The notes under the pieces were generated by a model that saw only the letters and a list, made by a program, of their open reading frames with translations, was not told where the DNA came from and did not search any database. Below are positions 49,266 through 60,932 of a DNA stretch of 64,000 nucleotides, one piece after another (position 1 is the first letter of the stretch; every line of letters begins with the position of its first letter). The stretch lies in assembly GCA_001949185.1 (NCBI GenBank), contig BDGG01000002.1, positions 7,368,448 to 7,432,447 on the forward strand, given 5' to 3'. The stretch comes from Ramazzottius varieornatus. Lineage: Eukaryota; Animalia; Tardigrada. The position numbers and the translations under genes were made by a program.

Positions 49266-50056
49266 TACACGTAGTCCGCCGCTGGAGTCACAGCTGAACT
49301 TTGGCCAGGAGGAAGTAGGGGCTGATAAAGAAGGAATGCTGGATGGAAGTTTTTCGTCTCCGGAGTTGTAGTAACGTCGACCTTCCGCCATGATGGATCG
49401 TTCTCCTGGCAGTGCTTCGGCCCAATCATGCCGTGACAGGGAGAAACTGCAATGACAAACCACTATAAGGACACAGCAGAGATCCAATAGAGTCCAGTAA
49501 AATTGTTGACAGTAGCAGAAAAGAGGACCTGCGGAAGCTTACCATTGCCGTGGCGTGCGACGAGTATAAGAACCTTCCTGGCGGTCTTTCAAAACCAACA
49601 CGGCAAAAAAGGGAGAAGATAAAAAATCACGAGAGTGAAGGCGAGAAACACGGACTGTTGAAAACTGCCCATCTTTCTGAAACTGCTTGCACAAGACTGT
49701 CCATCCGTTCTCTTTTGGATGTAGGGACTTGTTCTCAAAAACGTTCGACCAACCAGGAGCACATAAAATCGGTGGCACCTTCCCACTTGTGGATATTTTT
49801 CACATAATATCATATGGCATACTTCAATATGAAAACAAACAGGAAAAAAGAACGAGTGCATCGGTCGAAATAGTTCGCTGGTACACAGTGTGCAATAGAT
49901 TAACAACGGATTCCCTAACAATCATAATCACCTATAGAAAAAGTCCCGAGTCGTAGTAACATAATACAGTAACAAGAAAAGCACCGAACGCAATAAAAGG
50001 TAAAAACAGAAACGTGCGCGGCGTTCGGCCTCCATCTGGTACTACAGAACACTCAA

Positions 50057-53000
50057 CTACACGTTGCTGTCCACAGCAACGACACGTCCACGATGGTCGA
50101 CCAACGTCGTCGATTCATCGGGATCACGGAGCGGTGCATCCGTCCCTGACAGACGATTGTTAGCCGAAGGACTGAGAGGAATCTCCACCGGCGTTTCGTG
50201 CGACGAGAGGTTGTGCGCAAAGAGGTCGCAGGTTCGCTTCTTCACGGTTAGAAGGCACGTCAGCAGCTGCTACCAAACAGAAAAAATACGACGTTGGCTT
50301 TGATTTTGGTACCTATGTATCAGAAGAGACTCGGCGTACCTTTTTCCTGCGAAAGATCAGTAGAGCGACGCAAACAATGCCGGCCAGGACAAAGAGGACA
50401 ATTATCACAGGAACCAATGCGGGATGCAATGGTGTGGGTGGACCGAGAGGACTGGAAGCGGTCGACGAGTTGCTCACTGTCCGAACAGCGAATATTGCTG
50501 GAAGGGAAACAAATGTGCAATTTTATTACTGTGTGCAAAGAATAACTGTGTCAGGAGGTTGTAAATGATTTGAGCATGTTTTTGTTTCAAGTGGCGCACG
50601 TTTGCATCGTTATTAGCCATAACTGTGCGCTGCTCGGCAAAACGATAATGTTAAAGTCGTTTGCGAACGCCCCAACTAATGTAGAGAAGAATGTACTTAC
50701 TGCGGGAACTTGAAAGACTGCATAGACACCGGACGCTAATCGAGGACCGTTTGCGTCGGCGCAGACCTTCATTCTTCGGAAGTTTTTCATGCACAGTTGT
50801 GCAAGACCAAGGCTTCCACTCATCACTGAGCTTCTCCTTCTGGACGCACTCGTACAAATCGAGCGTGGTATGCATCGCTCCGTTTCTGAAAACAGAATAA
50901 ATGATGTTACAACGTTCTATTATTCTTTCAAGGACCGTTACTTCGTGCATAGGAATGAGTCAAAAACCGCAAAGTTACCTGTCGTGGTTCTGCGATTCGT
51001 TGACGTTGACAATGTTAGTGAACGTCATATTGATCGTATACGCCACTTGAGTGGAGTCGTATTTGTGCAATACGAGTTCCACAATGTTAGAAACAACTCC
51101 TGCGGTGGATGATTCTTCCTTCAGCGTCTGGTTGACCGCTACACCTAGTTCCGGTGCATTTGAGATGTCACTACAGAGAATAGCAATGTCAAACCAAGAG
51201 AATGAGACAAGGAAAACACCCCAATCTCTTACTTGGAAGAAGGCCAGTCTTGCATACTAAGGAACATAACCACGTTGAGCCAAGTTGGTGCTGGTATTTC
51301 CGCGCTTTCCGCGAAACGAGGAAGTACAGGACAAGTAAAGTTACTATGCGAGACATCGGTTTCTTCCGTTTCGCTGACATTCTGTTGAGGGTCAAGGAGG
51401 ATGCATTCAAGTTTCCCATTCACCACGAAGGTATGGCGGCCATCTGCACTGACCGCTTCCTTTTTGACGTTATCCACTGGCGTCTCCAAGACCGTATCCA
51501 CCTTCACCTTGCCTTCCGTTATCCGCGCTTCAAGCTCCTTCTTCAAGATGGCAGCGGTTTCCTCGGCTCTGTCCTTCAGCTTCGCGTCATTGACACCAGC
51601 CTGCGCAGCCATCCTCTTTAGTTCTTCCAAGATCGAATAAATGGTGTTGATATCTGCAGATAAACAGAAAGAAAATAAGCGTAATCAAGTGATTGTCTCG
51701 AACCTGCATACACCGTACACCACAAGTGACAGAAGAACCATGTATGCAGGTTCGTGCAAAACTTTTGGCACGAACGTCCATGCAAACCACCATAGACTGC
51801 ACACAATGAGTAAGCGTGTAGGTGCATGCAAAGACGTCACATGACGCTTCAGGATAGTTACCTTTGATCAGCATCGGTCGGTTCTTAATCACGAACTTCA
51901 GCAACGTCTCCACAAACTCCGTCAGCGTCCCCAAGTCCGCCTGACCGAACCCTCTTTGGATCATTTCCAAGTTGGTCTTATACTGCATGACTTCGATGGT
52001 GGCGCAGCCCGCGTAAACCGGTTCTTCCCACTGCGCTGACTTGTTGCACTTTCGAGCAACAGTACCATTCATGATGACCGGACAGAGCTGTTCGTTATGA
52101 CTATCAGCTTTTGTAGCTGCCCAGGCGATATCTTGGTAGACCTCATCCGGACAGACTGGCTCGTCAGGCTGAAGCGCACGGACCTTGACCACTTTAGAGG
52201 TAGTCCCTGCTGCGTTGGTGGCAGTACAGCGATACTCAGTGTTGTGGTCAACCTTGTCGATGATGAGCTGCATTCCACCTATCCTCCCTCTCCGCTTCTG
52301 GATCTCCGTCAGATGATGGTCGGCTGGTAGCCTTCTGCAACCACCAACAACTTTGAAACTTGGCTTCTGGCTACAAATTACTGCTGAAAACATACTTGAC
52401 GTCTTCGTGCTTTCGCGTCCACTTGTATGTAGTGTTTCCCTGAGAAGCCAGGCAGTTTAGCAGCAGGGTGCCGAACTTGGTTACTGCGGGAGTTGGTGGA
52501 ACGATGTTGACGGTTGGAGGCCGGAGTACCATGACAAAGAGCGACTGCGATACCACGTCTCCGTAGTCCTCCACTTCGCAGGTGTACACGCCTTGATGTG
52601 GCCTTCCCACATTCTCGATGTTAACTTGGCAGCTAGTCGAGCCATTCATCAAGGTCTGCTCTGTCACCCACATTCCTGCCAAGGAGAAGAGTCGCCGTCA
52701 GACGACGCACGCAAATGTCAGTAAAAAACAAACTGACGCAGTTTAGACACGTCCTTTACGATTTTTCTTTTGTTTTTTTTGTCAGGAACTCAATGTAAAA
52801 GTGTTGAGAGCTTGAAGTCTAATATCTGAATATTCTACCTGGTGCTCTTTTTGGGTCAAATACGTCGCCATCTTTCTTCCACCGGAACTTGGTATCGGTG
52901 GACCCATGTGCCACGCAAACTAGCGCCATTTCTTTCCCCTGTTTCGTCGGATGTCCCGAGTACAGCGTCAAGTTCTCCATATCGAGTATCGGAAAGGTAT

Positions 53001-56000
53001 TCACATCTATCCTTTCTATCGGTTTCCCTTTGACCATCACCCTGTTTTCTTTTAACCACCTTTTGAAGTTGTCAATAGCCACACCGTCAGCCTGGCATAT
53101 CAAACTCAAGACCTTCCCTGTCCATTCCAGCTTCCTGCAATTCTCCAACTTTGGCTTGCCCAGACTACCGAGAATGCTGGGAAGAACGAAAGCGTCCGGG
53201 TGCATTTCGTGTCGGAGAGTTATGTCGATCTTGATGCGCATTCGCTGCGTGTTGACGCACTTCCGCCCGTCGGTCAGGGAGAAGCCGGGGTCGCAAGCGC
53301 ACTCCATCTTGCTGGTCTTGGCGTCTCGGACGCAGCGTTGGTCGCACTTGAGGTCTTTACAGCCGTCCCCGTGCTTGGAAGTCATAACCGATTCGCAAAA
53401 GTGGCCGGTGAAACCTGGCGGACAGGTGTCGCATCGTACCAGCTCGGTCCCGAAGTAATACCTGAAACCCAGAGACCTGTCAAGACATTCCCACCATAAT
53501 CTATCCACATCACATTTAAAATCCATTGGCGTACTATATTTCTACGTATCGAAGTAATTCGGCTCACTTCTGCGGAGATTTGATGGTTACCAGACTTCGT
53601 GAGCAAGTGATGCTCATGAACTTGCATACCGCCGCGTTGGGACTATGTACAGGGCTAAATGTGAGCAGGTCCATGAAAGATGGTCGACTAAGTCTGCTTG
53701 CTGACTTCGCTACTTAGTTCAGGAGCTCGAGACACAAGTTCGATATTCTACTTACTCGCAAGAGGCTCCGTTGAGACATGGGTTGACCGGTGGACTAGCC
53801 AACGGGTTGCACAGCGTACCGTACTCACAGTTGTTTCCTGATTGTCCAGGGAAGCACTCACACCTCGATCTGCTGAAGTCCCGGTTCACCGTGCAAATAC
53901 CTGCCCACCTACAACCAAACGCTCCTGTGCAGTTCAGCTTCATACTCGGCTGGCTTCCTTTGGGATACGTCACGTAGGTGTAGTTGAACCCAGTCCGATC
54001 CAGCAGGAACCGCTTGACACGAACCATGTGCTGCAGCGAGTTGACGTGCATCCTGATCACAATGTACGGCTGTGAAATGACCAACCTACAAACCAACAAC
54101 GACGAAAAATAAGCGACAAGAACCAAAGAAAGCAAACGGCAGCTCGGCAAAAAGACACCCCAGTTCGTTTCCCTAAACGCGCAACCCTATCAGCCTTACT
54201 GGCTAGAGACAGGCGCCACTTGGAAAGCTCAACATGACTCTTTTCTCAACTGGCGCACAGTTAGGGTGTCACTGGCTGACAGCGTGCGCCACTTGGCAAA
54301 ACGATTTGGGCAAATTTGTTTGCCGAGCTCCCAAAATCCCGATTCTGTTCTCACAGTTTCTCTGGGTAAGTCTGGAAGTCGAAAGCGTAATCGTAGTTCT
54401 TATCGCCCCAAACTTTGGCGTTGGTTCCATTGCCATTCTCGTAGAAGTCGTACGAAGTGATGCGAACTTCCGCCGGATCGTTCAAATATGACTCGGTGAA
54501 GTGGATGGCCGTGTTTGTTCTGCTGTCCGTCACAATCAGCCATTCACAGACCGCGGGAACCGGAAAGACTCCTGGGAAGTTGGGTGAGTGAATCTGGCCC
54601 CGAGGTCCTCGGAGGATGTAGTGGCAGGGCTTGTCGGTCTGCTGTACCTGCGAGGCGGACTTTAACTCACGAGGCTTCCTCTTATCGTGGCTGCAAAACT
54701 CTCCACCGAAGTGCGCTCGGCAGTTGCATTTGACTAATTCCGGTCTCGCGTACCTAGATACAAACAAAAACACTATCAAAGACGGACTAGGCCTGACAAA
54801 CCCCGCCAATAAGAGGAAGATGACGCTGACAAGGCCGTGCTTAGCACCGTCCTTTCACCGTTCTCGAGTTCGCCCTTTATAGCTATACGAAAAAGTAGTC
54901 CCACAGTCTTTTACAGTCTTTTTCGAAATGGGGCGCGGAACTTGCAGTGTGCACTGTCAGAAAGCGTGCGCGGACCACAGGAATCACGTGCGAGACGTCA
55001 AGTATGCTGGCCATTCAGAGCAAGACTGTGCAGCCGGTATAGTGCGCTACGATTTCGAAAAGCTATGTCGCCCTTTTGCTACAGAAATGGCAGTCAAGCT
55101 GGTGCCGAGCACAGCCTTGTCAGCTGTTTTTTTGTAGCAAAGAGGCAGAGTTAACTGCTATGAAACTGGTTCGAAGGATAAGCTTACAAGCAGCGACCGC
55201 CGTTATGGCATGGAGTGACAGGGAAGTTGGCGTCGGGATCACACATCGGACCATACTGGCACATGTGCCCATAGTGTCCTTTTGAGCAGTTACACCAGGT
55301 AGAAGTCAAGTCGGACGATACCAGACATCGACCGAGACGCGAACAATCTTTGTAGCTTTGGCAGCTGGGGAAGTCTTCGTTCGCAGGTACAGAACGTAGA
55401 GCGATGACAAACGTCAGGTTGAACCCGTGCAATCCGTCATCGGGAGAGTGTGCGGCGCTATCTGATATCACAGTTATTCGGAGATAGGGTTTCCGCGTTC
55501 GGACCCTGCAAGAAAGCACACTGCATCGTTAGTATCGAAAGCATCGAGTTGAACTGGGACCCACACGAACAAGCTCATCAATAACGTACTAACTTTACAA
55601 GTGGCGCCTGCATCAACCAAAAACACGGGAAAACATGCGCCACTTGTAAAAACAGGCTTAGCGATTTGTTTGTCGAGCTTTCCATTCGTTTTGGTTTTGA
55701 AACAATAATTTTCAAGAAACAGTCGGTCATCGATCAGTTATTCATGTTATGAGGGATTTTATAATAACGTACACGGAAACGTGTGGACGTCAGCATAACT
55801 ACTTCTGGTGGTATTAGGGAAACTCCCACAGATGGTGGGTAATACGCTGGGCATTACCAACACAAACAAATTAATTATCTAATTTCATGGTTCAATTGCG
55901 CTGTAGAATTTTCCAAAGAAAACACTAACGTCTATTTTACAGCTGGTTCTACTGTGTTCGACTGTTATGTAAAAATATTCAAAAGCTTTAAAGCCAGAGC

Positions 56001-56918
56001 GACGGGACCGTGAAACTGGAACCTTATCTCAATAAAGCCAAAGCGGAGAATACTTTTGCTATTAATCAGTTATTCGGCTTTATGTAACATAACGTTCCGA
56101 GGTGATAAGCTTCGATCTCGACACGTGAACGATTTCCGGAAAGTACTGTATGTAGTCGCCCAATTTTTCCAGTCCTGAGGCAGCAGAAGCCAGACGAAAA
56201 TTTCACAGGGCACTTACACAGAGTCATTCACATGACTTTCTCTGTTGAATGTTCCAAAGTCGGTCTGGACATCCGGAGAATGCAGCGAAGCTTCAGATGT
56301 GGCCGAAATACGGTCGGGATCGAAGTCGTACGCGACAACTCTGAGACCACCGGGACGACTGAGGTACAGCTCGAAAAGATGAAGCGTGATGCCTTCACCA
56401 TCACCACGCTCGATCGTCCACGAACAGGACTTTCTGAGAGGACGGAAAGACGTCGGGAAGCCTGGAGCCGTTATCGTGCCTGCAACAAAGCAAATTAGTT
56501 GCACAAATACAAATACGTAATATTACAGAAAATCGAGTTCGACCAGATCGTTTTCCCACATATCCGATGATCTTGGCTAGAATAGTGCGCCACTTCAGAA
56601 AACGATCTGGTTGGCTTTGTCTGCCGAGCTAATCCTGCAGAAAATTCTAGGCAAGTTCCTGCTTCCACAGGAGCTGCTTCTAACGGTACTTAATTGTCTT
56701 GTTTCAACTTTACCGTTCAGCTGATTTCGGAAACGGCCTCCGCAGGGAGTGGTCGCCTTCTGGGAAGGCACGGGCAGGAGACGGTTGGAGTGCGACCGTA
56801 CATCTTCAGACACATCTCTGGTGGATATTCCTTGTACAGGACGACTAGAAGACAAGGGCAATACCCAAGCTAGAAGGAAAAGTAGTAGGCTGCAACAAGA
56901 AGGGCAGGACTTTGGCAT
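50057..56918 (-). CDS. Single-pass receptor with adhesion-GPCR-like ectodomain (2 CUB, several EGF, 2 Ig, HRM, GAIN/GPS-like), one TM helix and a PDZ-type tail
   Basis: Signal peptide LLLFLLAWVLPLSS; CUB (CGG...ITAPGFP; GQIHSPNFPG); EGF repeats; Ig (WKKDG, GVYTC, YRCTATN); HRM (CPDEVYQDIAW...CP...GTVARKC...WEEP); GPS-like C...W...C...CLC; TM PVIIVLFVLAGIVCVALLIF-RRKK; ends DSNV-stop. Confidence 0.85.
50588..50636. repeat. Intronic palindrome family copy (CUB/EGF receptor)
   Basis: caagtggcgcac-N25-gtgcgctgctcg. Confidence 0.8.
54173..54295. repeat. Intronic palindrome family, tandem two-unit copy (CUB/EGF receptor)
   Basis: Degenerate unit ending aggcgccacttg (54211-54222), then caactggcgcac-N25-gtgcgccacttg; outer arms gctcggcaaa / tttgccgagctccc. 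Confidence 0.85.
55598..55646. repeat. Intronic palindrome family copy (CUB/EGF receptor)
   Basis: caagtggcgcct-N25-atgcgccacttg. Confidence 0.85.
56540..56630. repeat. Intronic palindrome family copy lacking the left core arm (CUB/EGF receptor)
   Basis: accagatcgttttc ... gtgcgccacttc agaaaacgatctggt ... gccgagct. Confidence 0.75.
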
Positions 56919-58765
56919 ATATGGAGGATCCAGTCGTCGGTCACAAAACAAGCGCAGAGTCTTCATCGTATCTGCGAAGTCCGATTACAAGACAGGACAT
57001 GGTAGACTTCAGTCCTCCTCCGTAGTATGTTCCACATGTTTCATACAAAATCTGGAAGGAAACGAAAAGCCACAACAGTGAATAAACGAGAACGGTCAAC
57101 ACGGTCAAGGACATATAACGGTGTTACACACTGACTCGCCGTGATAGACTTGGTATCTTCTACGTCATTATTCAACAGGTCCTTTGAAGGGACATCATGA
57201 CGTAATCAAGATCAACTCTATCACACCAAGTCCAGTGACACTGAGAGGATTGCCAGCCTTCAACCACGGAGAACTTCCTCTTAAGCTTTCAGTGATTCCA
57301 TTTCCCACCGAAATACCGAAAAGGAAACTACCACAGACGTACCTAACAGTCGCGAATCTCCATGAGAAGACCGCCCGCGGTATGACGGGGCAAGAGCGAA
57401 AGAATGTCGATCAAAGCGCTTGAGCAGCAATGATGCTCAGCAGGATGCGATGTTTGTTGTCGTGCACGGGGGAAAGTCGGAATATTCCGGAATTTCTGTT
57501 CAAATGCCGGGAAAGGATCTACGAGAAAGTCTCAAGTACGGAAGAGTTCACGGCAAAGTTGACATGACACGGTGAAATGAACAAACAAGAGTCTCTCTGG
57601 TAGTACCTGTGGGATTTTTGATGGCTGTCAAGCAATCGCCTGTCATAGGGGTGAATCCGATCGGATCTGTGGCCGAATGGTCGTCGAATGAGCCTGCACA
57701 GATCTTCCCGAGATATCGTTAAAGCAGCTCCTGTCTTCACAACGGGTTCTCAATGGCCAAATGACCACTACTCCGGAGGCAAATTGTCCAATAATCAAAT
57801 TATTTTTAGCGTGATCGTCAGCCTTGTGAGGCACTAACCTGTCGGGAAAGAGGTGGAGCCTGGTTCTCAGCCCTCGTTTGACTGGTCGCATTCGAGCCAA
57901 GGACGAACGACAATAACAAGCTTCCATCCAATACGTCAGAGAGTAAGGCGTGGTACGCACTGTCCAGCCAGCCCATATTTCATCATCGATGACTCATCCG
58001 CTGTCAACCACCAGACGTTCATTCAGTTGAAATGGCTCAATCAACGCCATCCATTCATTCGTGCAAAAAATGTGGGCTGCCAAAAAGAGGATGAGGCGGT
58101 CGCTCCGTCTAGCTCGGTCTGCGGTCAATCCAACCTTGCACGAAAGCGCAGGTTCCGTCCGGCTCATCTCTTCTTATCTTTCGTCTTTATAATATCCCGA
58201 CTTCCGCTCTTGTCGATGTTCGTCCGAAACGTTAGCGAGGATAAAACACCGATTTTCACAGAGGATTCATTTATTACAATCAGTATTACCGGTGTCCAGT
58301 AACTCTAGTTACTGCAGAGTGCAGACCTCCAACCCTTGTTGCCTGCAGAGGCCTCCGACAGTCTGGATCGTGCTCACTTCGGTGACACACATATCCACGT
58401 CGGGTTTCCTGGGGATTGTGGGCTCAGACCTTGAGTCCTACCGTCAAGCTCTTCAACTTGGAGTGCAGTATGCAACCTTCACTGTTTCTCCCGGATCCTT
58501 CTAATGCCATCACAGAAGTGACAGAACTACATCGAGAAATTTACCAAACTTTCCCTTCTCACTTCCATTCATTCGAATAATTCACTGCCTGACAGTTCCA
58601 TACATTCACAGTCGAAAATGCACGAACCACTTTCTCTAACAGGGGATTACGCGAACGGAATAAGGACGAGTGGAGACTCCAGCGTAATCTGCCACATCAC
58701 AAGTATACCGAGCGACAGTAGAAAGAGGAACAAATCATCTGATAGTTTATTGTCAATGTTTAGCG

Positions 58766-59638
58766 TCAATGTCGAATACCCACAGAGAGCAGATTCATCA
58801 AGGTATCGTTGCCCACCAGCTCGTTCCTCAAGGCTGCAATCTCCTGCGTCAAGGTTTCCGCTTCCCGACGTATGCTATCCAGTTCCTTGCGTTGATCCAC
58901 CCGCTTCTTGCACATCACCTTCCTGTAGTCTTCCAGATCGGCAATGTACTTCTTCTTCCTTTCCCTGTTCATTCGGGCGTAGATGGCGTGGGCTGACAGC
59001 GGACCGGATGTCCTCTGTCTTCCCGTCTGAACCTTGCCTCCTCTCACACTACCCGTGTCATCTCCATGATCTGAAAAGTCCCCTTCATCCGCCAAGACAG
59101 GCATCTGAGGGGTAGGTTCATGGACAGTCGAACGAACAGTCGTATTAGTATTGTTAATTAAATTGTTATTTCGACTTCCGGTCGAACTTCCGGTTGAGCT
59201 TCCAGCCGAACTTCTCCGTGGATTTGTGTCTTTCTTCTCAACACTCGGCCCCGGGAGGAACGACGAAGGTTTCTGCATAGATGAGCCTTGGGCAGCTTGT
59301 GCTCGCAATGCTCCTCGTGTCCCCGTATGCGGAGCCATTTGAGAAGAGAGGCTGATGGGATCGAGATCGATCTGGTGGAGGTAGCTCGACTCCTGCCCGT
59401 CCGAAATCAGCGCTTTCAAGTCGGGAATCCGCAGTGAACTTCCTTCTGATGGGGGACCGTACTGAAGGGGAAAGGATTGGTAAGGTGCGGTGAATCCCTG
59501 AGGAGATGAAGTTTGGGGGCCGTAGGTGAGAAAGTCGGGAGTGGACAGACGTTCAGGCTTGATGTCCAAACTGTCGAAGCTGTGTTGTGTAGCGTCGTTC
59601 AAAGGGTATACCTTCAGGAACTCAGAGATATCGTCCAT
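58766..59638 (-). CDS. bZIP transcription factor, CREBZF/Zhangfei-like
   Basis: 290-aa ORF; basic region SAHAIYARMNRERKKKYIADLE followed by a heptad coiled coil; low-complexity N-terminus. Confidence 0.8.
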   Translation of the reverse strand: MDDISEFLKVYPLNDATQHSFDSLDIKPERLSTPDFLTYGPQTSSPQGFTAPYQSFPLQYGPPSEGSSLRIPDLKALISDGQESSYLHQIDLDPISLSSQMAPHTGTRGALRAQAAQGSSMQKPSSFLPGPSVEKKDTNPRRSSAGSSTGSSTGSRNNNLINNTNTTVRSTVHEPTPQMPVLADEGDFSDHGDDTGSVRGGKVQTGRQRTSGPLSAHAIYARMNRERKKKYIADLEDYRKVMCKKRVDQRKELDSIRREAETLTQEIAALRNELVGNDTLMNLLSVGIRH

Positions 59639-59959
59639 CTACACACACACGAAGAGAGTGTCCATTTTATCGAACACAGACTGGAGACACAAACACACTC
59701 ACACACAAAGGTAAAGCGAGACTTTCTTCAAATGACAGACTGACTTACCACGACGATCGAGCAACGCAACTATTTATACCACGATTCTCTACTCTATCCG
59801 TTGATCCAGTTATGCGGAACGTTAGGCATGGAAAATTGAGCCAGCAAGGAGATGGTGAAAGCAACGGATTCAGTATGAAAGACTCTGCAGGAAAAGAGAA
59901 AACTGCGAATTTCCGACGCAAGACCAGTGGAAATTCCATTAGGAAAGGTTGTTTAGATC

Positions 59960-60015
59960 GGAGGATGACGTCAAATTTTCAAGAAATGCACATGCGCAGT
60001 GCGGTGATTGGCTGA
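59960..60015. promoter_or_regulatory. Candidate promoter of the bZIP gene
   Basis: Full CRE TGACGTCA (59966-59973), an NRF1-like GCACATGCGCA and an ATTGG (CCAAT) within ~50 bp. Confidence 0.4.
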
Positions 60016-60170
60016 ACCAACACGTACAACGGTGTATATCCCGCCCATTTCTCATGTACCTCTGGCTGCGCTAGACTTGCGTACAGAAGCCACAGCGTTC
60101 CATCGATATCTGACGGATACTCTTTCTTGACGTCGCCGGAACGTCGTCGTGGGTAGTTTCCGCCTTATTA

Positions 60171-60592
60171 GGGACCTTGCGCGCCAGCCACAATTTCGCT
60201 ACGAGCGGCGGAATTTCACGTTGAAGAAATTCACGGTTCTCCCCGACGTAAAATTTAAATTTGGCTTTTGCGAGAAAAACACGACGAACGGTGCAAAATA
60301 ACCGATCAAGAAATTAAATAAGTTGGGGCAACGTTCGGCTTTGCCCCGGGTCGTGAGTGCTGTATGTACACGGAGCTGTACTGCTGAACGGGAGAAATTT
60401 AGACAGTTGAATATTCGCGGAGCAGTCGGCGTCGTGAAATTTGACCGTCACGAACGAACAGGGCCTTCGTCGTTATTTTGCCACCGTCACGAATCGCGCT
60501 CAACGTAACTTACGTCGCGCTCGAAGATGACTCACCGTTCAACGTGAAATTTGAACGTTCGTCGTGAGATTCTGGCTGGCGCGCAAGGTACC
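60171..60592. mobile_element. 422-bp MITE with ~55-bp imperfect TIRs
   Basis: TA|gggaccttgcgcgccagcca...aatttcacgttgaa vs ttcaacgtgaaatt...tggctggcgcgcaaggtacc|TA. Confidence 0.8.
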
Positions 60593-60932
60593 TATTGATA
60601 GCTAACCTACTTTGGCTTCCGCTTGACGAAGATTATTCAGTTTTCCTCGGAGAACTGCAGGGCAGGCATCTATCAAATTCAAAACGAGAAAACGTGGAGC
60701 TCGAATGAGCTGGAAACCAAACGTACAGGCTACGGTCAGTACGACCTAGAGTAATAATTACGCCTGCCAAGATTAAAAACGATCACATATGCATACGGTA
60801 TACAATAGACTGAAAACTGCCTGCACGGCCTGGAAAAGAAAGAAGGAACTGCATCTGGTATATACTAATATTCCAAGGCAGACAACGTTAAGGCATGATC
60901 CAAGTTTGCACGAGACGAGCAAACTAAGTGCT

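Noticed and set aside
57100-58700. Short ORFs between the receptor and bZIP genes
   Set aside because: No motifs or consistent splice structure; likely UTR or regulatory DNA.
59640-59706. Short (AC)n runs
   Set aside because: Too short and imperfect; trivial intronic microsatellite.
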